In this document: in pieces, positions 9,863 to 19,591 of the stretch | How the letters are laid out: each line of letters starts with the position of its first letter | Position numbering within the stretch: the first letter of the stretch is position 1 | Assembly: GCA_963733195.1 (NCBI GenBank) | Contig: CAVTCR010000027.1 | Span: forward strand, 1 to 45,793 | DNA from: an uncultured delta proteobacterium | Lineage (GTDB): Bacteria > Desulfobacterota > Binatia > Bin18 | Reading direction: 5' to 3' | Length of the DNA: 45,793 bases | Program-made: the position numbers and the translations under genes | Notes under the pieces: generated by a model | Databases searched by the model: none | What the model was told of the DNA's origin: nothing | Seen by the model: only the letters and a program-made list of their open reading frames with translations

Positions 9863-11728
9863 ATGCAACAACGCGGATATCGGAGCGGCACTACAACCCA
9901 GGGACGACGAATGGCCGGCGCACGTGCGCTGTGGCGGGCGACTGGCATGAAAACCGAGGATTTCCAGAAACCGATTATCGCCATTGCCAACTCCTTCACC
10001 CAGTTTGTGCCCGGCCATGTGCATCTCCATAATGTCGGCCAACAGGTCAAAGCTATTATTGATGAGAACGGGGGCTATGGCGTGGAGTTCAACACTATCG
10101 CCGTAGATGACGGCATCGCTATGGGCCACGATGGTATGCTCTATTCGTTGCCCAGCCGCGAATTGATTGCTGATAGTGTCGAGTATATGGTTCAAGCCCA
10201 TGTTGCCGACGCGATGATTTGTATCTCTAATTGTGACAAAATTACGCCAGGTATGCTCCTCGCGGCCATGCGTCTCAACATTCCGACCATCTTTGTTTCT
10301 GGCGGACCAATGGAAGCAGGTAAGACGGAATTGTCGACCGGCGCAGCGAAACTCGACCTCGTCAACGCAATGATCGGTGCTGGAGATGATACACTCAGTG
10401 ACGAAGACGTGCAGAAAATGGAAGAAGAGTCGTGTCCGACCTGTGGCTCGTGCTCTGGGATGTTTACCGCCAATAGTATGAACTGCCTCAACGAAGCTAT
10501 CGGTCTTGCACTCCCTGGCAACGGGACAATACTGGCCACACACGCCCTTCGCTGGGAGTTGTTTGAACGTGCGGCGAAGCGGATCGTACGCATGGCGAAG
10601 GCCTATTATCTTGACGGAGACGAGTCGGTATTGCCGCGGAATATCGCAACGTTTGAGGCATTTGAGAATGCGATGACCTTGGACATCGCTATGGGTGGCT
10701 CGACCAACACGGTTCTCCATATCCTCGCCGCAGCGCAAGAGGCCGGGGTGAATTTCACTATGGCAGACATCGATCGCCTCTCACGTCAGGTTCCCTGTAT
10801 CTGCAAACTCGCGCCGGCGTCGAGTAAGTATCACATCGAAGATTGTGCTCGGGCTGGTGGTATTGCGACTATTCTTGGTGAGCTTGATCGGGCCGGGAAA
10901 CTCCACAGGAATGCGATGACCGTGAGTGGAGAAACGATGGGTGAGATGTTAGAGAAGAACGACATTCGCCGTGAGCAAACGGATGAGTTTGCGGTACGTC
11001 GAAGTTTAGCAGCTCCTGGCAACGTGCGAACCAAGGAAGCATTCTCGCAAAGCAAACAGTTCGACACCGCGGACCGCGATGCGATCAACGGCTGTATCCG
11101 TGCGGCTGAGTTTGCTTACAGCCAGGATGGTGGGTTAGCTGTACTTTACGGCAATATCGCCAAAGACGGATGTATCGTCAAAACTGCTGGCGTGGATGAA
11201 TCGATCTGGGTGATGGAAGGACCGGCCCGCATTTTCGAATCTCAAGAAGAAGCGTGCATGGGCATTCTAGGAAACAAACTCAAACCTGGCGATGTCGTCG
11301 TAATCCGCTATGAAGGTCCGCGTGGAGGACCGGGAATGCAGGAGATGCTGTATCCGACCTCCTACATCAAATCCAAACATCTGGGCACCAAATGCGCGCT
11401 GTTAACAGATGGACGGTTCAGTGGTGGTACCAGTGGCTTATCGATTGGGCACGTTTCGCCCGAAGCGGCGGAAGGAGGCGCAATTGCCTTAATCGAAGAA
11501 GGTGACATTATTCGCATCGACATTCCGCAGCGCTCGATAAATGTTTTGCTGTCAGACGAAGAGTTAGTTCAACGTCGGGAACGCATGGAGGCGAAAGGCC
11601 GTGACGCCTACAAGCCGCGCAAGCGCCAACGCCAGGTCTCGGCAGCACTGCGATCTTATGCTGCCCTCACTACCAGTGCGGCTCGCGGTGCGGTGCGAGA
11701 TATCACCCAAGTTGAACAAGCGAAATAA
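9863..11728 (+). CDS. ilvD: Dihydroxy-acid dehydratase
   Basis: [78 protein letters not shown]. Confidence 0.97.
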   Translation: MQQRGYRSGTTTQGRRMAGARALWRATGMKTEDFQKPIIAIANSFTQFVPGHVHLHNVGQQVKAIIDENGGYGVEFNTIAVDDGIAMGHDGMLYSLPSRELIADSVEYMVQAHVADAMICISNCDKITPGMLLAAMRLNIPTIFVSGGPMEAGKTELSTGAAKLDLVNAMIGAGDDTLSDEDVQKMEEESCPTCGSCSGMFTANSMNCLNEAIGLALPGNGTILATHALRWELFERAAKRIVRMAKAYYLDGDESVLPRNIATFEAFENAMTLDIAMGGSTNTVLHILAAAQEAGVNFTMADIDRLSRQVPCICKLAPASSKYHIEDCARAGGIATILGELDRAGKLHRNAMTVSGETMGEMLEKNDIRREQTDEFAVRRSLAAPGNVRTKEAFSQSKQFDTADRDAINGCIRAAEFAYSQDGGLAVLYGNIAKDGCIVKTAGVDESIWVMEGPARIFESQEEACMGILGNKLKPGDVVVIRYEGPRGGPGMQEMLYPTSYIKSKHLGTKCALLTDGRFSGGTSGLSIGHVSPEAAEGGAIALIEEGDIIRIDIPQRSINVLLSDEELVQRRERMEAKGRDAYKPRKRQRQVSAALRSYAALTTSAARGAVRDITQVEQAK

Positions 11729-12068
11729 AACCTGAGATTGCCGAGTTTGTGAATTTATTTGGGGCTGCAGACAGATAGGGCGAGACAAAATCGTCACTAT
11801 CGGTGCCATGGCGATAGCTGCCTCATGTGGCTTTCCTGAGCTGGGTGCTGACAAGACGGGCAAGTGCTCATGGATGTCAAGTGTCCTGAGCACTTGGGAA
11901 TTTCACAAACTCACTGGTTTCCCTCACTCTATCCCTGCCAGCACCTCCTGAAGAAGATGGAGGGCCTCTTGAGGGCTGCTTAACCCGAACTCACATGTGG
12001 TGGCAAAACCGTTTGGCTGTAAGTTGCTCATCGTTTTTCTCCTATATGGCTAAATATTGAATTACTGG

Positions 12069-12084
12069 CCGCGCATATGCGCGG
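12069..12084. other. Perfect 16-bp palindrome between the convergent ilvD and AraC genes
   Basis: CCGCGCATATGCGCGG, 17 nt past the AraC stop. Confidence 0.4.
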
Positions 12085-12101
12085 TGTACGAGGAAATGCG
12101 A

Positions 12102-13046
12102 CTACACGGGGAATTGCGTGCCACCGGATACCAGGTGCTCACGTAATCGTGCGATGTCCTTGGTCGGCGAGCTGCCGAACAAGCGGCTGTATTCCCTGCT
12201 GAACTGGGAGACGCTGAGATACCCGACCCGCAGGCTCGCGGTGCTCACGTCCATCATCATGGACAGCATCAGATGCCGGGCCTCTTGCAGGCGCAGCACC
12301 TTTTGGAACTGCAAGGGGCTCATCGACGTGACGGCCTTGAAATGCTGGTGAAATGCGGACGCGCTCATGTGCACCAACTTGGCCAGCGCTTCGACTTTCA
12401 TCGGCTCGGAGAAATTGGCGCGCAGCCAGGAGAGGGCTTTGGCAACCTTGTGCACGCGCGATTCCGCGAGGCCGAGCTGCGCCACGCGGGCGCCGCCGGG
12501 ACTGCGCAGCAGGCGGATAAGAATCTCGTCGATCACCAGGGGGGCGAGCAGTTCGGCCTCCTCAGGCTGTGCCATCAGCTCGACCAATCGCGTCGCCGCG
12601 TTCACAATCTGTGTGTTGGTCTGCCCCACGTACAGCGCGCGTATGTCTTGGACCCGAGGCAAGCCGTGCGGATAGACTTTCCACACCAGTTCGGTGATCC
12701 GCTGCGGGTCGAAATCCAGCCGCAAACAGAGGTACGGCTCTGCGCGGCTCGCACGCGTCACTTGGGCGGCCACGGGCACTTCAACTGCGGAGACGAGCAC
12801 GCGCGACTCGTCGTACTCGTAGACATGCTGCCCGAGCATCACCCGCTTCGCGCCCTGCGCGACAATGCACAAGCCTGGTTGCCACGAGATATGCACCAAC
12901 TCGGTATACGGCCGTGAGGCGCGGATGGCATAGACTCCGGGAATGCGAAGCGTAAAGCGACCGTCATGCGGGGCATAGGTGCCAATCAATCGTGCGAGTG
13001 TGGCCACGTCTGGTGCGCCTGGTCCCTCATGGCTTCCTTCCCACAC
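12102..13046 (-). CDS. AraC-family transcriptional regulator (AraC_N/YqhC type)
   Basis: [66 protein letters not shown]. Start codon uncertain. Confidence 0.92.
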   Translation of the reverse strand: MWEGSHEGPGAPDVATLARLIGTYAPHDGRFTLRIPGVYAIRASRPYTELVHISWQPGLCIVAQGAKRVMLGQHVYEYDESRVLVSAVEVPVAAQVTRASRAEPYLCLRLDFDPQRITELVWKVYPHGLPRVQDIRALYVGQTNTQIVNAATRLVELMAQPEEAELLAPLVIDEILIRLLRSPGGARVAQLGLAESRVHKVAKALSWLRANFSEPMKVEALAKLVHMSASAFHQHFKAVTSMSPLQFQKVLRLQEARHLMLSMMMDVSTASLRVGYLSVSQFSREYSRLFGSSPTKDIARLREHLVSGGTQFPV

Positions 13047-13297
13047 TGGAGCCGCATTGACCAGACTCCGGTCACGCGTTGATCGGTCTGTGACGCTCCC
13101 CGACCTCTCTCAAACGGATACGGTCAGTCAGGTCTACCAGTTTTGGCGCGAAGGTGCTGATCCTCTTCTCTGCTGTCGAAGATTCCTTTCTCATGAGAAT
13201 CACCTGTTCCTCTCTCGATACTGAAGCAATCGAGTCACCCGACGTAGCCCCAGTCAGGGAGGAGAACTCCCCTTCTCTTGTTTTCCATCCTCACCTT

Positions 13298-13403
13298 GCT
13301 TGTCATCGCCCCCAGTCACCGTTTGCCGCCCAACCGAGGTCGTTCAGATTTACCCCGAACCGTAAGCGGGTAGCGGTGCGGTGGCGCGTGTGGTTAGCCG
13401 TGT
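13298..13403 (-). mobile_element. attC-like site (downstream), R' degenerate
   Basis: On the minus strand, GGCTAAC overlaps the toxin stop. An imperfect palindrome follows (CACCG..CTACCC / GGGCGGCAAACGGTGA), ending GGGGGC-GATGACAAGC. Direct repeat of 14098-14206. Confidence 0.72.
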
Positions 13404-13765
13404 TCTGCCAGCGGATTGAGCAACTTGATTTCTTCAATCCAACGAAAGTCATCCGTGTTACGAGTCACCAACGTCCGCTCATACGCTATGGCCGTGCCCG
13501 CGACGATGGAATCCCCGAGACTCATCTTCCGGCGCTGCCGCAGCTTGACGGCCCACTGCACGACGCTCTCGGACAACGGGAGCCTCTCTGCGGTTCGGAA
13601 AAATTGCTCCAAGAATTGTCGATCGTCTTCCGTCAGTTTGTGGTACCCCAGAACTTCAATCTGGCTGATGACCGACACCGCCGGGGTATGCGTTTCGATG
13701 AACTGGCGTAACGCGGCATGCTCCGGTTGCGCCGCGTAGATGATGATGTTGCTATCCAGAAGCAT
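13394..13765 (-). CDS. vapC: PIN-domain toxin (VapC family)
   Basis: MLLDSNIIIY, SQIEVLGY, SLGDSIVAGTA, LVTRNTDDF: acidic tetrad present. Start overlaps the stop of the upstream gene. Confidence 0.92.
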   Translation of the reverse strand: MLLDSNIIIYAAQPEHAALRQFIETHTPAVSVISQIEVLGYHKLTEDDRQFLEQFFRTAERLPLSESVVQWAVKLRQRRKMSLGDSIVAGTAIAYERTLVTRNTDDFRWIEEIKLLNPLAEHG

Positions 13766-14025
13766 TACGTATCCCGATCGGGCAAGGCGCGCTCAGACCG
13801 CAGCTCTCGCTGCCAGGCGACCGGATCGGCGATCTCGGCAAACGTCCCTCTACGCGCAAGCTCCGCCAGGGCCTCCGCCATCACTCGTCCCCGCTTGGGC
13901 AAAAGCTCCGGAGCTGGCTCTTCCAAGACCGTAATATAGACTTGTACCGTACCGGGTTTCTCCGGTGGCGGTTCGAGCCACTCGACCTGATTATCATGAA
14001 GAATCGCTTTATAGGTGCGCAACAT
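13765..14025 (-). CDS. Putative antitoxin of the PIN toxin
   Basis: 86 aa, GAGGAG RBS, coupled to the toxin; C-terminus IADPVAWQRELRSERALP is typical of VapB-like partners. Confidence 0.8.
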   Translation of the reverse strand: MLRTYKAILHDNQVEWLEPPPEKPGTVQVYITVLEEPAPELLPKRGRVMAEALAELARRGTFAEIADPVAWQRELRSERALPDRDT

Positions 14026-14050
14026 GCTACTGCTCCTCAACGCTGCGTTC

Positions 14051-14095
14051 TGTCATCGTGTCAGCATTGTACCGCGTAGAGGTGAGAAAGTCTGC
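14051..14095 (-). promoter_or_regulatory. Putative cassette-internal promoter and operator of the TA pair
   Basis: -10-like TACAAT (14066-14071) followed by a TGACA-CGA-TGACA direct repeat. Confidence 0.4.
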
Positions 14096-14097
14096 GT

Positions 14098-14206
14098 ACA
14101 CGGCTCACGCCCCCAGTCACCGTTTACCGCCCAACCGAGCCGTTCAGATTTACCCAGAACCGCCAGCGGGCGGCAATACGGTGCAATGGATGGTTAGATG
14201 ACATGC
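14098..14206 (-). mobile_element. attC-like site (upstream)
   Basis: On the minus strand: GCATGTCATCTAAC, then CACCGTATTGCCGCCC / GGGCGGTAAACGGTGA, then GGGGGC-GTGAGCCGTGT (R' GTTAGCC changed to GTGAGCC). Confidence 0.75.
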
Positions 14207-14228
14207 TCTCATTCTCCCATCGGTCTCC

Positions 14229-17200
14229 CTACGATAATTCGTCCAGAAGTGCCTTCGCCTCTTGCAAGTCTTTCGTGTCAAACCCTTCGGTGAACCAGTT
14301 GTAGATCTCGGACAACAGCTTGTGAGCTTCTTTCTTTTGCCTTGTTGCTGCCACAGACGGGCGAGGCTCGTTGACGCGCGGAGCTCCAGCGACTTCGCTT
14401 GCTGTTTGCGGGCAATGTCAATGGCTTTCAGAAAACACCTTCGGCTTCCGCTTGGGCTTTGGGATCAGGTTTGGCTTGGGTTTGAAGACTCTGACTTTGA
14501 CCTGTCTGGACTCTCGACTCGAACTGCTCGACTGACTGTTGGAGCGTCAGCTCGCCCTTCAGCCGATACAGCTCCGCCTCATACAAACGCTCCTCACTTT
14601 TGTCTACCGCAGCCAGCGCCTCGGCCAGCACGGTCAGCCTTCCTCCGCCTGCTCCCCTTTCCCATATGCTTCGGCCAGCAAAGCAAGATAAGACGGCCGT
14701 GAAGCCTCTGTCCCCGTGGCCCGCAAAGCAGCCAGGCCCTGGCGCATCTGGCCGATCCCCTCTTCTCGCTGTCCCTGCTCGGCCAGTGCCCAGCCCTGCA
14801 GCATAGTTCCCTCGCCAAGAAGAATGGAAACCCCTGCTCGGTACGACGAGGGCAATGATAGCCTCGGCCTGCTCTTGGGCTGTTGCCCCTCCCGGCGAAG
14901 CTGATGGACATAGCAGCAAAGTCAGGGCATAAGCCAGGCTAAAGGGGTGAGACAGCTCTTGGGCCAGAGTCGAGCGCTTCGTGGCTATTCTTCTGGGCCT
15001 GGTCCGGATAGCCCAGAAACCACAGGGCCCAAGCCGCATAGGAGAGGCAGGTCACCTTGGGGTCATGTCCGACATAGGAGAGTGATGGGAGCGATGCTGC
15101 TGGGGATCGTAGAGGGCAATACCCTGCTCCAGGTGCTCTCGGGCAGCAGTCAACTCTCCGAGGTGGACAAGGTCAATCCCAGCGCACGGTGGGCCTCCAC
15201 AGGAGACTGGGTCTGTGCATATTCTGGGCTAAGCGAAGAGCTGCTCCGCTAGCTCACGCGCCGTCTGTAGTTCCGCCCGTACAAAATAAAACCGACTGCA
15301 GACCAAACAGCACCCGGAAGAGCTGAGGCGTTTCCCCCACCTGCCGGCACAGCTCCAGCGCCCGGGTATAGACTCTTTCCACTTCCGGGGCTGCATAGCC
15401 TTTGGTAGCTATCAGCGGAGCACCCAGGGCGATTTGCAGTGTCAGTTCTTGCTGGGTCCGTTCGGGCGTGTCCGGCAGGGTCTTGAGCAACTCTAGCCCT
15501 TTGGTGAGGTGAGCTGATCGCTTCGCTATTGGCCGAGCGTTGGCTGGCGCTCTGCCCGGCCTGTTGCCAATAGGGAATGGCTTGTGCGATAAGGCCCGCT
15601 TCGGTGTAATGATGGGCGACCAGTTCAGGTTGGGTCTCGATGGTCTCGCGGAAACTGTTCCTCCAACACCTGGGCGATCTGCTGATGCATACTGCTGCCG
15701 TCGTGCTCTTGAGTAACGATTGATAGGCGGTATCCTGAATCAGCGCATGCTTGAAGAGATAGCGCGCCTGCGGTCGCAGTCCACGCTGATACACCAACTC
15801 CGCTTCCACTAATTGCTTCAGCCCCTGCTGTAACGTCTCGTCGTCTATGGGCGAGACGGCGTGCAGCAGCTCATAGGAAAACTCTCGCCCGATCGTCGCG
15901 CCCAGTTGAGCAATCTCTTTGGCCCTGGCCAGCCGATCCAGCCGCGCCATGAGTGAATCTTGCAACGTCGAGGGAATCCCGAGCGGCATAGGGGCACCGC
16001 CGTGCGCCCCGACATACCGGCCATCCTCTTCTGTACCAGCCCGACTCCACGACCATCTTCGTCAGCTCCTCCACAAACAACGGCACACCATCAGTCTTGC
16101 TCACGATCTGTTGCACGACCTCCGCTGGCAGCGCATTGCCGCCCGTGACCTGTTCGACCATGGCCTCGACCTGCTTGCGCCCTAAGCGGCTCAGCGTCAG
16201 CTGGCTGAGATGCGACCGGTTCCCCCAGGGTGGGGTGAACTCGGGCCGAAAGGTCAGCAACGCCAGCAGCCGCGTCGTGGGCACTTGGTCCAGGAAGAGC
16301 GTGAGCACTTCCAGCGTGGAGGGATCGGCCCAGTGCAGATCTTCCCAGACACAGTACACGGCTGCCTTCTGCGCTTCCTCGACCAGCCACGCCACTAAGG
16401 CGTCTTGGGTCTTCTCCTTCTGTTTCTGCGGACTAAGCGTAATGGGTGGAGAGCCTTCGGGATGGGGGAAGCGACAACAAGGCGGCCAACAGGGGCAGCG
16501 GTATCGGCCTGCGGGAAGCGATAGTGGCTCAGCGTGTGCTGGAGTTTCTCCAGCTTGACTTGCAGGCGAATCCTCGCGCGCAAACTGCAGGAGCCGCTGC
16601 AGATGCTCAATGATGGGATAGAAGGCGCTGTTCTGGTGATAGGGTGAGCAGCGAAACTCGATGCGGGTGGCCCCCTCGTGCGCAAACCTGCTCTTTGAGC
16701 TCTTGCACCAACCGCGATTTGCCAATCCCCGGCTCCCCGCTCAGCAGCACCACCTGCCCGTACCCTGCTTTGGCTTGCTCCCACCGCTCCTGTAATAACT
16801 CCACTTCGTGTTCGCGGCCGATGAACGGCGTCAAGCCGCGGCACGGACACTTCAAAGCGGCTCTGTGCGGCGCTTTCGCCGCTGACGCGATACAGCGATA
16901 GCGGCGTGACGTTCTTGAGCGTCTGTGGCCCCAAGTCCTGGCAGCTCAAATAAGCCCTGCACCAACCGGTGGGTCGCCTGCGCTCAGGACGACGGTATCG
17001 GGCTCGGCAATGCCTTGCACCCGCGCCGCAAGGTTCGGCGTCTCTCCTAACGCCAGTCGTTCCGTGTGCTCCCCCGCGCCAATCTCCCCCACCACCACCG
17101 GCCCGGTGTGAATGCCAATCCGCACCTGTAACGGCGGCGTATACATCAACTGGCTGACTGCCGCCACGATCTCCAAGCCGCTGCGCACGGCGCGCACCGC

Positions 17201-17709
17201 ATCGTCTTCATGCGCCACCGGATAGCCAAAGTACACCAGCACGCCATCGCCCAGATATTGCGCAATATGCCCGTCGTAGCGCGCAATGACCTGCCGACAG
17301 GCAGCCTGATAGGCCACCACGCGGGCATGATAGTCTTCGGGGTCGAGCTGTTGCGAGAGGGTCGTGGACCCTACCAAGTCAATGAACATCACCGTCAGTT
17401 GGCGCCGCTCACCGATGGGGGCTGGGGGCTAGGGGCTGGGTGTTGGGGACTGACTACTGAAACTGACTACTGAATACTTCCGTTTCGCCGTTTCCCCTTC
17501 GCCGTTTCGCTCTTCGTTGCTCCGCCTGTCCAGACCAGCACATCCCCGTCTTCATCCGCCGCCACGCCTTCGGCGCCGATGAGTTCTCCTTTGAGGTCCT
17601 CCAAATACTCGTCATCCAGCTCGAAGCGGCGTTTCAGGGACCGATAGGTCACCCGGCCTTTGCTCTGTAACAACTCGCGGACTTGGTCCAGCACCTCATC
17701 AAAGGTCAT
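14229..17709 (-). CDS. Class III cyclase-AAA ATPase-TPR protein (multiple frameshifts)
   Basis: [118 protein letters not shown]. Confidence 0.88.
17415..17520. repeat. Degenerate 7-mer tandem repeats in a coding linker
   Basis: GGGGCTG/GGGGCTA/GGGGCTG/GGTGTTG, then TGACTAC/TGAAAC/TGACTAC/TGAATAC, then CCGTTTC-like units. Confidence 0.7.
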
Positions 17710-17779
17710 GGCAAGTCTCTCCCTATGCCTGACATCCTGTTCTTTGTTATTCTTCCGGACAGACGAATGAGAATGATCG

Positions 17780-18034
17780 TGCCGCGGGCAGTCTGAAACA
17801 CATACTCATCTACATGTTCTACTCAAACGCCTTGCATCGCTAAGAGGACGACTTCGGCAATGGCTTCTTTCGGCACTTTCCCTCGCCATTCTTCCACAAT
17901 AGATTCACAGGCCATGCCTCGGGCCACCGTGACTCCAGCACTTGCCGACCATGATCCGAGTACACACGAAGGTTGGCTGGCCAGATAAATCAGTTGGATC
18001 GCAAGGAATGACGGCCAATCATCTTCTGGGCCAT
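17780..18034 (-). pseudogene. DUF433-family antitoxin, frameshifted, with no partner toxin
   Basis: AGGAG RBS; across frames MAQKMIGRH / DPTDLSGQPTFVCTRIMV / VARGMACESIVEEWRGKVPKEAIAEVVLLA, matching the DUF433 DP...G.P...GTRI.V motif. Confidence 0.7.
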
Positions 18035-18184
18035 CGAGCAAGTCTCCTTGGACTGGTCTCTATTTCTTATCTTAGTCTGCTTACTAGATCATCTAACAGC
18101 TTCGTTACACGGTATCACGTGTTGTCACAATCTTGCCAAAGTCATAAGGGTAATGCTCCTCTCGACGGTGAAAGGAGCTGTAGC

Positions 18185-18293
18185 GACGGACTCTGATTCT
18201 GATCTGGCACATGCTGCCAGCGCGAGATCTAGGCCGTTCGGCAAACTTCAGGGCATCGATACCAAACGCCTCTTTGATCTCACAGGTTTTCAT
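18185..18293 (-). pseudogene. N-terminal remnant of an MDR (zinc-type alcohol/quinone oxidoreductase) gene
   Basis: MKTCEIKEAFGIDALKFAERP...QIRIRVR with an RBS, after which similarity is lost. Confidence 0.5.
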
Positions 18294-18323
18294 GCACGTC
18301 CCCCTTTTCAATTGTAACTTGCT

Positions 18324-18554
18324 TTAAACCACAAGCGGCGGCGCCTCGTAGCATGCTCGACCGGCTTGACACCAGGCCGCATGAGCAGCAGTTCCATCAG
18401 GACCACAGGCATCCAATGCGCGCACACACCAGAACCGTGTGGTCTCATCATACTCTGCCGGGCCAAGGCGAAACGCCCCTTGCGACCGCAAGAAACGACA
18501 CGGCCGACCAGATACATGTAAGGGAGTTAATCGCAACGCATCTTTCTTGATCAT
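18324..18554 (-). CDS. Small Cys-rich hypothetical protein
   Basis: 76 aa; GAGGAGG upstream; ATGA overlap with the FAD-subunit stop; CRFLRS...FWC.....CGPDG.......C...R.CYE. Confidence 0.75.
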   Translation of the reverse strand: MIKKDALRLTPLHVSGRPCRFLRSQGAFRLGPAEYDETTRFWCVRALDACGPDGTAAHAAWCQAGRACYEAPPLVV

Positions 18555-19568
18555 AGCGCCATTACCTCCTCAGCAGGTGAGAGCTGACCTGCAGCCTTGA
18601 GAACCGTTCTGCGAACCAGTTCGGCTAGCAGTGGCACTTTATAGCCATTAGCAGTCAAGGGGACGGCACCTTTGGTTGCGGCGTGCCCGGCCTGGGTAGC
18701 CAGTTCATCGCTCACGGTGTTGTCCAATTAAGACCTGCTCAGCGGCAGTTGAGCGGATTGGGACCGGGGCAACTGATCCCAACACCACCCGGGCGTCTCG
18801 CACCTTGCCGTTGTCCAGGTGCAGCACTGCTGCCGCCGCGACTAATGGCCAGTCGAAGGACTGTTTATGCTTGAGATTCATGTAGGCACTCCCGGCCTGC
18901 TGTGGCAGGCGGGGAATAGTGATGGTGGTCAGTATGTCGTCTCGTTTGAGGATATGTTCACGTTGGACATCCTGTTCGGGGGTGAGGAAAAACTCCTTCA
19001 GAGGGATAGCGCGCTCTTTTCCGTCTTTGTCTATCACGTGAAGGGTTGCCTCATAGGCAAGAAGTGGAATCGCTGCGGCTGAAGGGTGAATGCTCGCACA
19101 GGTCTGGTTTGCAAAAATCGCGTGATCGCGGTTGTCCCCTTCCTGGGCGAAACATCGCGTCCCTCCCCGCTTGCGACACAGGTACTCTTCTTGGCGGAAA
19201 TACCAGCACCGTGGGCGCTGGCACAGGTTGCCGCCAATCGTCGCCATGTTACGAACCTGCGGGGTGGCCACGCCCGACGCGACGTGCATAAGTGCGGGCC
19301 AGTTTTTCCGCACCTCTGCGTGCGTGGCGATCTGGGCGAAGGTCGTGAGCGTCCCAATACGGAGCGTACCGCTCTCGGCATCAACCGTAACGGTGCGCAA
19401 CTCAGGGATCTGACTAATATCAACAATCAAGGTCGGGGAAACAATATGTTCTTTGAGCAAATCGAGTACATCTACTCCCCCAGCTTTCAGCAGCGCATTG
19501 GCATTCTCGGCCAGAACTGCAGCGGCTGCCGCAGGGGTCTGAGGTTGCAGGTAGGCAAAGCGTTGCAT
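18551..19568 (-). CDS. Molybdo-hydroxylase FAD subunit with a 4Fe-4S insert (PaoB/YagS-like); frameshift near 18715
   Basis: LKAGGVDVLDLLK, ATPQVRNMATIGGNLCQRPRCWYFR..C......C, HPS, LGSVAPVP, NGYKVPL. Confidence 0.9.
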
Positions 19569-19591
19569 ACTTCCTCCTTCCTGTGTCCATG

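Noticed and set aside
9767-10738. 323-aa antisense ORF
   Set aside because: Shadow of ilvD on the opposite strand with no recognisable motifs.
13298-14206. CRISPR array or IS terminal repeats
   Set aside because: Only two ~100-bp direct repeats ~800 bp apart, with no cas or transposase gene. The structure fits attC better.
1549-14297. 41-nt identical stretch (1549-1589 and 14257-14297) as a DGR template/variable repeat or mobile-element end
   Set aside because: It encodes the conserved [14 protein letters not shown] motif of two paralogs. No reverse transcriptase is present and flanking mismatches are not adenine-specific.
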